From: Hypanus sabinus
Taxonomy: Eukaryota
Direction of reading: 5' to 3'
Length of the DNA stretch: 64,000 bases
Assembly (NCBI RefSeq): GCF_030144855.1
Contig: NC_082725.1
Location: forward strand, 46,376,001 to 46,440,000
Made by a program: the position numbers and the translations under genes. Of this stretch, positions 63,870 to 64,000 are shown piece by piece (the stretch's first letter is position 1; every line of letters starts with the position of its first letter). The notes beneath the pieces are model-generated. The model made no database searches. It had not been told where the DNA came from and was given only the letters and a program-made list of their open reading frames with translations.

Positions 63870-64000
63870 TCGCCATACGAAGAATATTTGATGGCTCTGG
63901 GCCTGTATTCTCTGTGATTCAGAAGAAGGAAAGGTGACCTCATTGAAACCTGTCAAATGGTGAAAGGCCTTGACAGAGTGGATGTGGAGAGGATGTTTCC
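63870..64000 (+). mobile_element. CR1 RT C-terminal fragment, running off the window
   Basis: Similar to 42295-42410. Confidence 0.8.

Noticed and set aside
49800-64000. DCDC2 first exon expected head-to-head with MRS2 (human synteny)
   Set aside because: No doublecortin-domain sequence recognised. The gene may lie beyond the window, so absence is not claimed.

Overview
Repeat-rich vertebrate genomic DNA. The repeat content (CR1, Rex1/Babar, Penelope pseudo-LTRs, V-domain SINEs) points to a cartilaginous fish, probably a ray; this is an inference. Two minus-strand genes for mitochondrial proteins are present. The first is a complete 11-coding-exon MRS2 (Mg2+ channel, 49420->20372). Its GT-AG exons join in consistent phase into 1206 nt (401 aa plus stop), including the GMN motif. 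About 4.5 kb downstream lie exons 1-2 of ALDH5A1 (SSADH), which continues off the left edge. GPLD1, which lies between these two genes in human, is not visible here. Much of the remainder is transposon debris: CR1, Rex1/Babar, Penelope, RTE, Tigger/Tc1/hAT DNA elements, a rearranged BEL/Pao element and solo LTRs. There are also two minisatellites and a 154-N gap. The most notable sequence-level observations are: (1) short Penelope-terminus insertions carrying minimal hammerhead ribozyme cores, some with target-site duplications (TSDs) and one palindromic; (2) an HDV-like ribozyme fold at an RTE 5' end in the last MRS2 intron; (3) a 31-bp minisatellite, stop-free on + in the frames shown by the ORF track, just inside ALDH5A1 intron 1; (4) an 8-kb nested insertion stack in MRS2 intron 4.
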